A stretch of 64,000 nt of DNA from Alphaproteobacteria bacterium (GCA_052389895.1 JBQTHM010000006.1:2056-66055); one strand, 5' to 3'; counted from the first letter of the stretch, positions 54,062-64,000 are shown. Numbers and translations: made by a program. Notes: generated by a model from the letters alone, not told the origin.

Positions 54062-55975
54062 ATGCAAAAGAGGGTTCCGGTGCGCGCTTTGGCGTGCGCT
54101 GTGGCGCTTGTTTGCTGTACCCAGCCGGCGCTCGCGCAATCGCAGATTGCCTCTATTTGGGACCTGCGCGAACTCAGCATAGAAGAGCTCGCCAATCTGG
54201 AAATCACCTCGGTCGCCAAGCAGCGCTCGCCGCTGCAGGAGGCACCCGCTTCCGTCTATGTCGTCACCGGCGAAGAAATCCGGCGCAGCGGCGCCAACAG
54301 CGTGCCGGAAGCGCTCAGGCTGGCGCCCAACCTGCAAGTGGCGCGGCTGAACGCGGCGACTTACGCCATCACGGCGCGCGGGTTCAATCACGAAACTGCC
54401 ACGGCAAACAAGCTTCTGGTTCTGATCGACGGCCGCACCGTATACACGCCGCTCTATTCCGGCGTCTTCTGGGACACCCAATCCGTGATGCTGGCCGATA
54501 TCGATCGCATCGAGGTCATTAGCGGGCCTGGCGGGGCGTTGTGGGGCACGAACGCGGTGAACGGCGTGATCAACATCATCACGCGGCCCGCAGATCAAAC
54601 CGCCGGCGTGCATTTCGACGCGGGCTACGGAAATCTCGACAAGGTGGTCAATGCCCGTTTCGGCGGTGCCTTGGGCGAAGACGCAAGTTTTCGCATTTAC
54701 GCCATGGGCGAAAAGCGCGGCCCGCTGGAAACGCCGGACGGCAAGGACGCCAAGGACGACTGGCAAAAACTCCAAGGCGGATTCCGAGCCGATTTCGGCG
54801 AAGGCGCAAGCACGTTTACCCTTCAGGGCGACATCTACGCGGGCGAGTCTGAACACGTGCCCGCCGGCTCCGTTTCCGAAAACACGCTCAGCGGCGGCAA
54901 TCTCTTGGGCCGCTGGGTTCAGCGGTTTTCCGACGGATCGAATTTGCAGTTGCAGGCCTATTACGACAATGCCAGGCGGACCACCATCAGCGGAATTACG
55001 TCGCTCGTTTCCACCTACGACATGGACGTGCATTATGCGTTTCGCATGGGCGAGCGGCATGCATTTGTGGTGGGCGGCGGGTATCGCTACATCGAGGACA
55101 AGTTTACGCCGGGGCCGGCAACGGCGTTTCTCGATCCCGCCGAGCGCACTCTGGAGCTGGCCAACGTTTTCGTTCACGACCAGGTTGCACTTCAGCCCGA
55201 TCTTACACTTTCCCTGGGCGTCAAACTCGAAACCAACTCTTATACGGGCCTCGAGTACATGCCCGAGGCCCGGCTGGCCTGGCTCGCCTCCGAAACATCC
55301 ATGCTGTGGGTTGCCGTTGCCAGGGCCGTGCGCACCCCGTCGCGTGTCGATCGCGATCTCTACGTTACGGGCCTACTCGCAGGCGGTCCGGACTTCGTAT
55401 CCGAGGATTTGATCGCGACCGAAGTCGGCTATCGCGGCCAGCCTGCGCCAAATTTCTCGCTTTCAGCCTCGGTCTTCTTCAATGTTTATGACGACTTGCG
55501 CACCGTCGAGGCGACCGGGGCGCCGTTTCCCCTTGTCGTCAAGAATAACATGGAGGGCGAGACGTACGGCGCCGAAGCATGGGCCGTGTACGATGCCACG
55601 GACTGGTGGCGATTGCGTGCCGGGGTGAGCACATTGCACAAGGACCTGGAGCTCAAGAAAGGCAGCACCGATTTCTTCGGCACCGGCTTCGCCGGGAACG
55701 ATCCCGAGTATCAAATCTCATTGCGCTCGGCGATGGACTTTGGCGACATCGAACTTGACCTCGGCTTGCGGGCGATAGACGCTCTTCCCGGACCGAGTGT
55801 CCCCGCTTACGTGGAGGCGGACGCGCGGATCGGCTGGCATCTCTCGGAGACCATGGATCTTTCGCTGCTCGGCGCAAATCTGCTGCACGAGCGCCACCTG
55901 GAATTCGTGAGCTCCAGCCTGCCTCGACGCGAGGTTCCGCGCTCGTTTTTCGTCAGTTTTACTTGGCGGCCTTAG
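54062..55975 (+). CDS. TonB-dependent outer-membrane receptor
   Basis: ATG 54062. Signal peptide, then LSIEELANLEITSVAKQRSPLQEAPASVYVVTGEEIRRSGANSVPEALRLAPNLQV (plug), then a beta-barrel. Confidence 0.88.
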   Translation: MQKRVPVRALACAVALVCCTQPALAQSQIASIWDLRELSIEELANLEITSVAKQRSPLQEAPASVYVVTGEEIRRSGANSVPEALRLAPNLQVARLNAATYAITARGFNHETATANKLLVLIDGRTVYTPLYSGVFWDTQSVMLADIDRIEVISGPGGALWGTNAVNGVINIITRPADQTAGVHFDAGYGNLDKVVNARFGGALGEDASFRIYAMGEKRGPLETPDGKDAKDDWQKLQGGFRADFGEGASTFTLQGDIYAGESEHVPAGSVSENTLSGGNLLGRWVQRFSDGSNLQLQAYYDNARRTTISGITSLVSTYDMDVHYAFRMGERHAFVVGGGYRYIEDKFTPGPATAFLDPAERTLELANVFVHDQVALQPDLTLSLGVKLETNSYTGLEYMPEARLAWLASETSMLWVAVARAVRTPSRVDRDLYVTGLLAGGPDFVSEDLIATEVGYRGQPAPNFSLSASVFFNVYDDLRTVEATGAPFPLVVKNNMEGETYGAEAWAVYDATDWWRLRAGVSTLHKDLELKKGSTDFFGTGFAGNDPEYQISLRSAMDFGDIELDLGLRAIDALPGPSVPAYVEADARIGWHLSETMDLSLLGANLLHERHLEFVSSSLPRREVPRSFFVSFTWRP

Positions 55976-55993
55976 CCATCCGGCGAGGATGAA

Positions 55994-56527
55994 TTGAACC
56001 GCAGCTGGATTTTTATATTGCTCATGGTTTTGGCGATGTCCGGCGGCCCAGCCGCCGGCGAGGTGACGCTCGAAACGGCGATCAAGGCCACGTACCTTTA
56101 CAAGTTCGCGCCTTTCGTCGAATGGCCGGCCGGGCCGGAAGGCCCGTTCGGGCTCTGTGTCATGGGCAAGGACCCCTTCGGAGACGCACTCGACGACGCC
56201 GTTTATGCCGAAAAGATCAACGGGCGGCCCATTAAGGTTCAGAGGATAAAATCGGCCTCCGCGGCAAAAGGCTGCCACATTCTCTACATAGGCGGCGACC
56301 ATCGTCAGGTCGCGGCAGCTTTGAACCGGTTGCGAAGCCTGCCTGTGCTGACCGTGACGGATTTGCCGCGCGATGCACAAGCGAAGGGAGTTGTCAATTT
56401 TGTCATTGTCGACAACCATGTCCGCTTCGAAATCGACGATGCGGCCGCCGCCGAAAATGGACTTGTGATCAGTTCGAAGTTGCTGCGCCTTTCGCGCGGG
56501 GTGCGGCAGAGGCCGACGAAGCAATGA
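55994..56527 (+). CDS. YfiR-like periplasmic protein (DUF4154)
   Basis: TTG start. Signal peptide. Motifs AIKATYLYKFAPFVEWP and CHILYIG typical of DUF4154/YfiR. Confidence 0.72.
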   Translation: MNRSWIFILLMVLAMSGGPAAGEVTLETAIKATYLYKFAPFVEWPAGPEGPFGLCVMGKDPFGDALDDAVYAEKINGRPIKVQRIKSASAAKGCHILYIGGDHRQVAAALNRLRSLPVLTVTDLPRDAQAKGVVNFVIVDNHVRFEIDDAAAAENGLVISSKLLRLSRGVRQRPTKQ

Positions 56528-57900
56528 TCATGCGCAGGCTCCATCGCTGGACAATGGGCCCCGTGCTCGCGCTCGCCGGAGCCGTGCTCCTGCTTGCGGC
56601 GGGCGTAGCGACCGCCGTCTATCAAAACTCGCTATACACCGCACAGAAGACGCACGAAGTCACGGCTCAGGCGCAAATACTGGCCGCCAGCGTCACCGCC
56701 GCACTCGATTTCAACGATACGATAACGGCGCAGGAATACGTCAATGCGCTCCGGGCCAATCCCGAAGTGCGCGCGGCTGGCGTTTACAACATGGATGGCA
56801 TTGCAGTGGCCGCCTATGTACGCGAAGGCGAACCACCGCTTCCCAAGTCGGTAAGCGCAGGCGGCGCAATGGCAGACGGGGACAGCATAATCGTCACTGT
56901 GCCTGTCGTTCAAAACGGTGCGTTGCTCGGCCGCGTATTTGTTCGCTCCAGCACGGATACCTTCGAGCGGCGCCTGATGCGCTACGGCGTCATCGCACTG
57001 CTTGCATGTATGGCGGCGCTCCTGTTCGCCGTGGCCGGCCTGTCCCAGGCGGCGCTCTCGCGCGCAAACCGGGCGCTCGAAATGCGTGCGGGGGAGCTGG
57101 CAGCCGCAAACGAAAAGCTTCAGGCGGAAATGATAGAGCGCGCGAAGGCGGAAGAAGCGTTGCGCCAGAGTCAGAAGATGGAAGCCATAGGCCAGCTTTC
57201 CGGCGGTATTGCGCACGACTTCAACAATTTGCTGACGGTCATCAAGGGCAATCTGCAGCTTCTCGAACGGCGCATCGCGCAAGGGCGGACGGACGTAAAG
57301 CGTTACGTCGACTCGGCAGCGGAAGCACTCAGGCGTGCCGCGACGCTCACGCAGCGCGTGCTGGCATTTTCGCGCCGCCAGCCGCTTTCTCCGCGCCCCG
57401 TTCATTTGAGCCGTCTTATCGAGGACATGCGCGAGCTGCTGCGTCACTCGGTCGGCGAGACCGTTAAGCTTGAAAACCGCCTTGCCGCGGATTGGTGGAC
57501 ATTCTGCGATGCGAACCAGTTGGAAAATGTGATTCTCAACCTCGTCAACAACGCGCGCGATGCTATGCCCCGGGGCGGAATGCTGACGATCGCAACGGAA
57601 AACGCATACGTGGATAGCCGCGAAGCCGAGGAAAAGGGAATCTCGCCGGGCGACTATGTCCGTCTGTCCGTGCACGACACGGGCGTCGGCATGCCGGAAG
57701 AAGTGCGCAGCAAGGCAATCGATCCGTTTTTCACGACCAAGCCCCACGGGCAGGGCACGGGGCTCGGCCTCAGCATGAGCTTCGGTTACGTGCGCCAGTC
57801 CAACGGCTTCATGGACATCGAGAGTGCCGTGGGGCGGGGCACAATCGTTAGGATTCTCATGCCAAGATACGCTGCCGAATCGGAGGCTTTGAGGGCGTGA
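56524..57900 (+). CDS. Sensor histidine kinase with small periplasmic sensor domain
   Basis: Start overlaps the yfiR-like stop (ATGA). TM, a periplasmic region of about 120 aa ([17 protein letters not shown]...), TM, coiled coil, H-box [17 protein letters not shown] box. Confidence 0.88.
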   Translation: MIMRRLHRWTMGPVLALAGAVLLLAAGVATAVYQNSLYTAQKTHEVTAQAQILAASVTAALDFNDTITAQEYVNALRANPEVRAAGVYNMDGIAVAAYVREGEPPLPKSVSAGGAMADGDSIIVTVPVVQNGALLGRVFVRSSTDTFERRLMRYGVIALLACMAALLFAVAGLSQAALSRANRALEMRAGELAAANEKLQAEMIERAKAEEALRQSQKMEAIGQLSGGIAHDFNNLLTVIKGNLQLLERRIAQGRTDVKRYVDSAAEALRRAATLTQRVLAFSRRQPLSPRPVHLSRLIEDMRELLRHSVGETVKLENRLAADWWTFCDANQLENVILNLVNNARDAMPRGGMLTIATENAYVDSREAEEKGISPGDYVRLSVHDTGVGMPEEVRSKAIDPFFTTKPHGQGTGLGLSMSFGYVRQSNGFMDIESAVGRGTIVRILMPRYAAESEALRA

Positions 57901-58295
57901 TGATGGTTGACGGCCCGAGCGGCGCGAAGCCCACCGTGCTCGTAGCGGAAGACGAGGCCATGCTGCGTGTGGTCGCCGTCGAGGTGCTGACGGATGCGGG
58001 CTATCGCGTCCTGGAAGCCGGCGACGGCAATACGGCGCTCAAGGCGATTCAGGATGACGCAAATGTGGATCTCCTCATCAGCGACATCAAGATGCCGGGC
58101 CTCAATGGATACGAACTTGCGGAAGCGGGCATGGCGTTGCGCCCAGCCATGAAAGTGCTGTTGATGACCGGATATGTGCAGGAACCCATTCCCGCCAAGA
58201 TGGCGGCAGCGGGCGTTCGCGTCCTCTACAAGCCCTTCGACATCGATCAGCTTCCGGCGCTGGCCGATTCCATGCTGAAGAACAGGCCCTTCTAG
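57900..58295 (+). CDS. Single-domain response regulator
   Basis: Motifs VLVAEDEAMLR...ISDIKMPGLNG...K. Its start overlaps the kinase stop. Confidence 0.85.
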   Translation: MMVDGPSGAKPTVLVAEDEAMLRVVAVEVLTDAGYRVLEAGDGNTALKAIQDDANVDLLISDIKMPGLNGYELAEAGMALRPAMKVLLMTGYVQEPIPAKMAAAGVRVLYKPFDIDQLPALADSMLKNRPF

Positions 58296-59368
58296 TTTCG
58301 GTCGCGGGAGTTTCGCAGCAGCTCTTCCAAATAGTTTTTCCAGATCGCTGCCCAGGTATGCGTGCTGTGCCCGCGTGTCGACTTGCTGGCAGGAATAAGA
58401 ACAAAGCGGCCGCGCTCGAGCTTGCGTGCTTCGCGTTCGGCGATGCCGAGCTCAGGGGGATTGATGAAATCGTCGCCGGAGTTCACCCACATCACGCGCG
58501 CCTTGATGGTGTCGAGACGCGTGGACGGATCATAATCGCGCGAGGCGCCGATCTGGTACAGCAGATCGTTGGCGTCAAGCGGCGCTGTCATGTCCCTCAT
58601 GCGCTCTTCGACATGCCGGTCGGCTGCCTCGCGCGTGGGAAAGTCGTCCTGCATCCGTAGCGGCGCGCTTCCGGCCAAAATGAGCAGATACGCTGCTGTG
58701 CGCAAACCCTGTTGCGGCTGTTCGCCGTAATAGCCCCCCTTCCAGGCGGGATCGGATGTGATCGCGTCCATCGCCATTTTGCGCCACATGCGGTTTCGCC
58801 CCGCGATTGCGACGGGAAGACAGGCAAGCGGCATCAGCGCATCCGCGAAATCGGGATACGTCTCCCCCCAAACAAAGGCATGCATGCAGCCCATGGATGT
58901 GCCGAGGATCAGACGCAGATGATTTACGCCCAGACCTTCTGTCAGCAGCGCATGCTGGGCCGCAACCATGTCGTCGTAGGTGTAAGGCGGGAATCGCATG
59001 CGCAATCCGTCGCTAGGTTTCGACGATTTCCCGTGCCCGATTCCGTCCGGAAGAACGATGAAATACCGTGCGGGATCGAGCAATCCGCCCGGCGCAAAGA
59101 GGACGTCAGCGAACTGCGGACGCAGGAATTGGTGTCCGCTTCCGCTCGTCCCGTGCAGGATCATGACGGCGTTCGTCACGCGCCCCGCCGCATCGCGCCT
59201 GGGTTCGCCAAGCGTGGTGTAATGGATCCGGAGCTCATTCAGCGTTTCGCCCGAGCGAAAGCGGAAGTCGCGCAGGACATAGTCGCCCTCGCGCGTTTCA
59301 AGCGCTTTCGCCGGTTGCAGGACGGCGAGAAGGGCGAGGGCAAAGAGTATTGGCAGCCGAAGCGTCAT
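58292..59368 (-). CDS. Secreted alpha/beta-fold hydrolase
   Basis: ATG 59368 gives signal peptide MTLRLPILFALALLAVLQPAKA. Nucleophile elbow GTSMG and an HG oxyanion region (ILHGTSGSG). Confidence 0.7.
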   Translation of the reverse strand: MTLRLPILFALALLAVLQPAKALETREGDYVLRDFRFRSGETLNELRIHYTTLGEPRRDAAGRVTNAVMILHGTSGSGHQFLRPQFADVLFAPGGLLDPARYFIVLPDGIGHGKSSKPSDGLRMRFPPYTYDDMVAAQHALLTEGLGVNHLRLILGTSMGCMHAFVWGETYPDFADALMPLACLPVAIAGRNRMWRKMAMDAITSDPAWKGGYYGEQPQQGLRTAAYLLILAGSAPLRMQDDFPTREAADRHVEERMRDMTAPLDANDLLYQIGASRDYDPSTRLDTIKARVMWVNSGDDFINPPELGIAEREARKLERGRFVLIPASKSTRGHSTHTWAAIWKNYLEELLRNSRDRN

Positions 59369-60351
59369 GGCGGGCGCGGTCTGCTCGATTCGGGGCCGGC
59401 GTATTGCGCCACAACGGGCGCTTCCCGTTCGGTGGCGTAGCCGCGGAACATGCCCACGCGGTTCCATTGCATGGCGACATTGCCCTTGGTGTCTATGCCG
59501 ATCATGCCGCCATTGGCATCGTCGTGGGCGGCCAGCGCGTCGCGAATTCCCGCCTTCATGGCGTCCTGAATGGTCATTCCCGCATACTTCATGCGGTCCG
59601 CCACGTCCTTCGAGATGGAAAAGCGAATGAAATACTCGCCCTTGCCCGTGGTGGAAAATCCGCCCACGGCATTGTCGGCGTAGGTGGAGGCGCCGATGAT
59701 GGGCGAATCTCCCACGCGCCCGGGCTTCTTGCCGCTGTCACCGCCAGTTGAGGTCGCAGCGGCGATGTCACCGCAACGGTCGAGCGCGACCGCGCCAACG
59801 GTTCCGTGCGTCCGTTTATCCGCTGCTGCACCCTTGTTCCTGATGAAATAGTCCGGCGGGGCGCTTTCCGCGCCCCGATTTCTTACCGATGCCTCGCCGC
59901 GGTCGCCCGCGAACAGCACATGGGGCGATTTCTCCATCACCAGGCGCGCAGCGGCGACCGGGTTCTTGATTGCGGTCATCGAGGCGACGGCACCGGTGCG
60001 CAGGTCGCGTCCGTCCATGATCGATGCATCCGTTTCCACCAGGCCGGCCGTGTTCGCGATGGCGCCCTTGCCGGCGTTGAAGATGCCGGAGTCCTCGAGA
60101 TTGCGGACCACGGTCTCGACCACGTCCAGGCTTGCCGCCCCCTTCGCCAGCGACTTGCGCGCCTCGGCCAAAGTCTTGCGAAGAAATGCCAGCCTGCCGT
60201 TGTCCTCCGTCTTTTGGCTGAGCGCGCCGCCATGGGCCACCACGGCAAAGAAGTTATGCGCTTTGCAGGGCTCCGCGGCCCAAGCCGGGGACACGAGCAC
60301 GCAGCAAAGCGCCAGCGCCGCGCACGAGTTGCGCAAGAATAATCTGCGCAT
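59365..60351 (-). CDS. Isoaspartyl peptidase/L-asparaginase (Ntn hydrolase)
   Basis: ATG 60351 with a signal peptide. Autoprocessing site HGTVGAVALD. Also VVAHGGA and GKGEYFIR. Confidence 0.85.
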   Translation of the reverse strand: MRRLFLRNSCAALALCCVLVSPAWAAEPCKAHNFFAVVAHGGALSQKTEDNGRLAFLRKTLAEARKSLAKGAASLDVVETVVRNLEDSGIFNAGKGAIANTAGLVETDASIMDGRDLRTGAVASMTAIKNPVAAARLVMEKSPHVLFAGDRGEASVRNRGAESAPPDYFIRNKGAAADKRTHGTVGAVALDRCGDIAAATSTGGDSGKKPGRVGDSPIIGASTYADNAVGGFSTTGKGEYFIRFSISKDVADRMKYAGMTIQDAMKAGIRDALAAHDDANGGMIGIDTKGNVAMQWNRVGMFRGYATEREAPVVAQYAGPESSRPRPP

Positions 60352-60446
60352 GAGGTCTCCTTTCCGGAAAAGCGCGAAAGCTGGCACTATATACGTGCCG
60401 CGGCGGCATGCGCAGCGCGTCACAGGCACGCTGAATCCGCTGCCAG

Positions 60447-61301
60447 CTAGGATAGTCGCGGCCAGGATAGCCCGAAGGGCACGATCTTGTTGTCGATGTC
60501 GTGGCCGATATCGGCGCGGCCGAGATAGGGAATGCCCGACGCACGGCACCAGTGCTGAACGACCTCATCTTCCGTCTGGCGGAAATCGGGGTCGTTTGCC
60601 GGAATTGAGTCGCAGCGGCCAAGCATGATCCCCGCCACCTTGCGGACATCCGGATTGCTCGTGACGTGAAAGAGCGTGCGGTCGATGCGGTACATATATT
60701 CGCCCACTTCTTCCAGCATGAGGATGTGGTCCGCGAGAGCTGGCTGAAACGGCGTGCCGGCCAGGGTGGCAAAGATCGTAAGGTTGAACGCAACTGCGGG
60801 CCGGGTCCGCGAAACATGCGGCTCGAACGTTTGCGTGTCTCCATCGGCAAGAAAGGAAAGGGCGCGCGCAACGGCTTTTTCGCCTCCCTCCCGCGCAAGA
60901 TCGGACGGCATGGGCCCGTGCGCGAGGCGCGCAAACCCCCGCGCGTAGAGTGCGCCGAGCAGCGCCCCGGCATCGCTGTAGCCGAGGAACATCTTGGCCT
61001 TCGCAACGTCGCCGAGCCGCGGCAGCACGCGATCCAGCAGCCGGCACGCGCCGTATCCGCCGCGCGCAAACCAGACGGCGTCGAACGTCGCGTCGTTCGC
61101 GAATTCGAGAAGCGCGTTCGCGCGCGTCTCGTCGTCGCCGGCGAAATGACCCGAAGAAAGAAAACATTGCGGATGGAAAACGATCTCGGGCGCGCGCTCG
61201 CGGAACTGCTGACGGGCGATGACGGCGATCCTTTCCGCGTGTGCGCGCTCCAGCCTGCTGCCGGGCGCGACCACGCCGATCTTCATCGCCTTGTTGCCCA
61301 T
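60447..61301 (-). CDS. ldcA: LD-carboxypeptidase (muramoyltetrapeptide carboxypeptidase)
   Basis: Motifs KIGVVAPGS and FLGYSDAGALL (Ser nucleophile), with C-terminal His/Glu region. The start may be ATG 61286. Confidence 0.8.
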   Translation of the reverse strand: MGNKAMKIGVVAPGSRLERAHAERIAVIARQQFRERAPEIVFHPQCFLSSGHFAGDDETRANALLEFANDATFDAVWFARGGYGACRLLDRVLPRLGDVAKAKMFLGYSDAGALLGALYARGFARLAHGPMPSDLAREGGEKAVARALSFLADGDTQTFEPHVSRTRPAVAFNLTIFATLAGTPFQPALADHILMLEEVGEYMYRIDRTLFHVTSNPDVRKVAGIMLGRCDSIPANDPDFRQTEDEVVQHWCRASGIPYLGRADIGHDIDNKIVPFGLSWPRLS

Positions 61302-61358
61302 TGCGCCCGCCCCTAATCGCCCTTGCCGCCACGCAAATTTGGCTTATAGCTGCGCGCA

Positions 61359-62762
61359 ATGGTTCACAACAGGCCCTATTTTTTCTGCGGCATCGGGGGC
61401 AGCGGAATGCTCCCGCTCGCGCTCCTTCTGCGCGCCAGAGGCCATGACGTTTCCGGTTCGGACCGCGCGCTCGACCAGGGCCGTATGCCGGAGAAATTCG
61501 CCTTCCTGCGCGCCCAAGGAGTCAAACTGTTTCCGCAGGACGGCAGCGGCATCACCAGCCGAGATTTCACCGTTGTCGCCTCTGCGGCCGTTGAGGAAAC
61601 GGTGCCGGACATCGCTGCGGCGCGCCGCTGCGGCGCAGGGCTGGTGACGCGAGCGGAGCTGCTCGCGCGCCTCTTTAACGAGTCGAAACGAAGCATCGGC
61701 GTGGCTGGCACCAGCGGCAAGACGACGACGACCGGAATGGCAGGCTGGATCCTGCACGCAGCCGGGCGGCAGCCAACCATCATCAACGGCGGCGTGATGA
61801 AGAACTTTGTTTCCGCCGACGTTCCGTTCGCCGGCGCCGTCGCCGGGAAAAGCGATCTGATGGTGTGCGAAGTAGACGAAAGCGATGGCTCGATCGCCCA
61901 TTACAACCCGCAGGTCGCCGTGCTGACCAACGTGGCGCTCGACCACAAGTCGCTGGACGAGCTGCGCGTGCTTTTCCGTGAGTTCGCCGCGCGCGCAGAC
62001 CTGGCGGTTATCAATCTCGACAATGCGGAAACCTTCGCGATTGCGCGGCACTTGGCGGAGCCGATCACATTCGCGATGTCCGCGTCCGGTGCGCGGCTTG
62101 CTGCGCGCGATCTCCGGCCAACCGCCGCGGGCGTCGCGTTCCGTGTGTCCGACGGGCGCACGGGAGAGGAAGCCGGCGTTTCGCTTTTAGTGCCTGGCCG
62201 CCATAACGTCGCCAACGCGCTGGCCGCGATCGGTGTGGCGCTTGCAATGGGCGTTCCGCTCGGCGAAGCCGCGAAGTCGCTGGGGCGTTTCACTGGAATC
62301 CGCAGGCGGCTTGAAACCGTCGGCGGCAAGAACGGCATCACGGTGATCGACGATTTCGCCCACAACCCGGACAAGATCGCGGCGACGCTTTCCACCCTGC
62401 ATGAGCAGCCCGGGCGGCTTCTCGTCATGTTCCAGCCCCACGGCTTTGGGCCCCTCAACAAGATGCGCGCCGAATTCGTCGAGGCTCTTGCCCGCGGCCT
62501 CGCGCCGGAGGACGTTCTTGTCATGCCCGAACCCGTCTATTTCGGGGGTACCGTCGAGCGCGCCACCACCAGCGGCGACATTGCGGAGGGCGTGCAGAAG
62601 GGCGGGCGCAATGCGCGCGCGTTCCAAACCCGGAAGGAATGCGGCGAGGCGCTCCTTGCCGGGGCGGAGCCGGGCGACCGCATCGTCGTCATGGGCGCGC
62701 GCGACGACACGCTCAGCGATTTCGCGCAAGAACTCTTGCGCTCGGTTCCGGCGCGGGACTAG
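61359..62762 (+). CDS. Mur ligase family protein (MurC/Mpl-like)
   Basis: Motifs [22 protein letters not shown], the P-loop [12 protein letters not shown], and [10 protein letters not shown]. Divergent from ldcA, which suggests murein-peptide recycling. Confidence 0.8.
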   Translation: MVHNRPYFFCGIGGSGMLPLALLLRARGHDVSGSDRALDQGRMPEKFAFLRAQGVKLFPQDGSGITSRDFTVVASAAVEETVPDIAAARRCGAGLVTRAELLARLFNESKRSIGVAGTSGKTTTTGMAGWILHAAGRQPTIINGGVMKNFVSADVPFAGAVAGKSDLMVCEVDESDGSIAHYNPQVAVLTNVALDHKSLDELRVLFREFAARADLAVINLDNAETFAIARHLAEPITFAMSASGARLAARDLRPTAAGVAFRVSDGRTGEEAGVSLLVPGRHNVANALAAIGVALAMGVPLGEAAKSLGRFTGIRRRLETVGGKNGITVIDDFAHNPDKIAATLSTLHEQPGRLLVMFQPHGFGPLNKMRAEFVEALARGLAPEDVLVMPEPVYFGGTVERATTSGDIAEGVQKGGRNARAFQTRKECGEALLAGAEPGDRIVVMGARDDTLSDFAQELLRSVPARD

Positions 62763-62963
62763 GGCGCATGCAAAAACAAATACGGGCGCCACAGAAGAAT
62801 TTGCGCATTATTGGGTACAAGGCGCACGTTGGGCGCCGATCTGGAGCCGCTTTTTTCAAATGGTGCTAGCCTGTGCGTGCGGTGCCGCTGCACCGCGCCT
62901 TTCACCTTCTTCTCCGTCCGCTCTGGATATCGCCAGGCCCGATTCGGCCCTCGCGCTCCAAAT

Positions 62964-62997
62964 GCAAAAACGGCGCGGGGCCGGATGGCCTCACGCC
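62964..62997 (-). terminator. Intrinsic-terminator-like hairpin on the minus strand with no annotated gene upstream
   Basis: The minus strand reads GGCGTGAGGCC-ATCC-GGCCCCGCGCC followed by GTTTTTGC. Confidence 0.45.
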
Positions 62998-63303
62998 GCG
63001 CGCTCGCACTTGTGTGGATATAAGCGATTTGGTGTGAGGAGCGCCGCGCTGCAAGAGGGCGCCGCAAAATTTTTTTCAGGCAATTGGCGGGTTCAAGGGG
63101 CTTGACGGAAATTTTTTGGCGCGCGAAAGCCTAAATCGCCCGTGCTCGCCGGCGCGCGGACCATTGTTCCGCCCGCAGCGTGCGGGTTCGCCGAGGCGCC
63201 AGCCCATCCGAGCGTCATCGGGCAACAATTCACCGTTGACCTGGATCAAGGATGACTCCCGGAGTTCGCCTATCTTTTCTTGAACCGAAGGCGGGAGGTT
63301 AAC

Positions 63304-63723
63304 GTGCAAGTGAAAGACGTCATGCACAAGGGCGTTGTCTGGGTGAAACCCGACACGCCGCTTGCCACGATAGCAAGGAAGATGCGCCGGGAAGATATCG
63401 GCGCGGTTCCCATCGGCGAAAATGACCGTTTGGTTGGCATGGTGACCGACCGCGACATCTGCTGCCGCGCCATGGCAAACCGTCAAGACCCTCGCAAAAT
63501 GACGGCCCGCGACGCGATGTCGAAACCCATTCTCTATTGCAGGACCAATCAGGACATCAGGCAAGCGGTTCGCCTTATGGAGCGCAAGAAGATCCGCCGG
63601 CTTCCCGTCATCAACGAGAAGAAACGCATGGTCGGCATTCTGGCGCTGGGAGACGTGGCGTCAAAGGTGAAGCCCAATTTGGCGGGCGAGGTCATGAAGG
63701 CGGTTTCCGCCCACCATCGCTGA
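63304..63723 (+). CDS. CBS-domain pair protein
   Basis: GTG 63304 is preceded by GGGAGG. Two CBS repeats: VKDVMHKGVVWV...GAVPIGENDRLVGMVTDRDI and ARDAMSKPILYC...RRLPVINEKKRMVGILALGDV. Confidence 0.8.
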   Translation: MQVKDVMHKGVVWVKPDTPLATIARKMRREDIGAVPIGENDRLVGMVTDRDICCRAMANRQDPRKMTARDAMSKPILYCRTNQDIRQAVRLMERKKIRRLPVINEKKRMVGILALGDVASKVKPNLAGEVMKAVSAHHR

Positions 63724-63766
63724 GCGGCTGGAAAAAAGGCGGTGAAGCGGTTCTGCGCCGCCAAAA

Positions 63767-64000
63767 TCAATACGGCAACTCGCCGAGCGAGGAATAGCGG
63801 CAGTTCCAGGCGTTCATGCGCTCAATGTCTTCAGCGCCGATCTCGAGATCGAACACGTCGAGATTTTCGCGCAGGGCGAGCACGGGCATGTGGTTGCCGC
63901 TGCGCAATTGGATGGTCGAGGCAGGTCCGGCCAGTCGGGCGCGTGTATTCATGGTTCTCTGCCAACGAAGCACGTTTGCGATTGTTCCAGGAAGAGATGG
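63767..64000 (-). CDS. Possible aldo/keto reductase C-terminal part; 5' end outside the window
   Basis: The minus frame is open from the window edge to the stop at 63767. The tail ...RENLDVFDLEIGAEDIERMNAWN resembles the AKR C-terminus (ENxxVFDFxLxxEDMxxI). Confidence 0.35.
   Translation of the reverse strand, partial: PSLPGTIANVLRWQRTMNTRARLAGPASTIQLRSGNHMPVLALRENLDVFDLEIGAEDIERMNAWNCRYSSLGELPY

Noticed and set aside
53999-55177. 392-aa minus-strand ORF antisense to the TonB-dependent receptor
   Set aside because: A shadow frame. The receptor's plug and barrel motifs are unambiguous on the plus strand.
63041-63076. Plus-strand hairpin GCGCC-N12-GGCGC followed by AAAATTTTTTT, considered as a terminator feature
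   Set aside because: The stem is only 5 bp with a 12-nt loop, and the T-run starts 7 nt after the stem. That is too weak to annotate, so it is mentioned only in the sRNA finding.
1-64000. Search for mobile elements, integrases, tRNA/rRNA genes, CRISPR arrays and classical defence genes (nucleases, helicases, toxin-antitoxin pairs)
   Set aside because: None was recognised in any frame. The only traces of rearrangement are gene remnants (ABC ATPase, Ku) and small palindromic repeats.

Overview
High-GC alphaproteobacterial chromosomal segment. The PhyR-NepR-EcfG locus, leuS-lptE-holA, IalB paralogs and otsB-GH15-otsA suggest a Hyphomicrobiales/Rhizobiales-like organism, but the taxon cannot be fixed from sequence alone. 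I support about 70 protein-coding genes. I found no rRNA, tRNA, CRISPR array, transposase or integrase.

Main blocks, in order:
- 0.3-6.9 kb: housekeeping genes (yggS, leuS-lptE-holA).
- 6.8-9.0 kb: c-di-GMP/PAS signalling genes.
- 9.1-16.2 kb: a patchy region bracketed by two rhomboid protease genes. It holds a secreted protein built from eleven 18-bp tandem coding repeats, an ABC-ATPase gene remnant, small orphan ORFs and an hfaA-hfaB-hfaD-like (CsgG/curli-type) holdfast-anchor operon.
- 17.7-23.9 kb: a four-gene phosphorelay ending in a REC-EAL protein.
- 24-30 kb: metabolism genes (M13 peptidase, scoAB, two IalB, FAH).
- 30-41.6 kb: the general stress response core (ecfG-nepR / phyR) followed by a dense island of genes preceded by GGAAC-N16/17-CGTT promoter motifs. 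The island includes a decayed NHEJ locus (Ku remnant, LigD PE and Pol domains with no ligase domain) and trehalose genes.
- 41.6-43.6 kb: msrB and a type III PKS + ICMT-like methyltransferase pair.
- 43.7-58.3 kb: three sensory modules. These are cupredoxin-HK-OMP, a PilZ-methyltransferase fusion with a membrane HK and FadL, and TonB receptor-YfiR-like-HK-REC. A D-aminoacylase gene in this stretch is broken by an in-frame TAA.
- 58.3-64 kb: peptidoglycan-recycling and other genes.

All family assignments come from motifs read in the translations and from recalled family knowledge. No database search was run.
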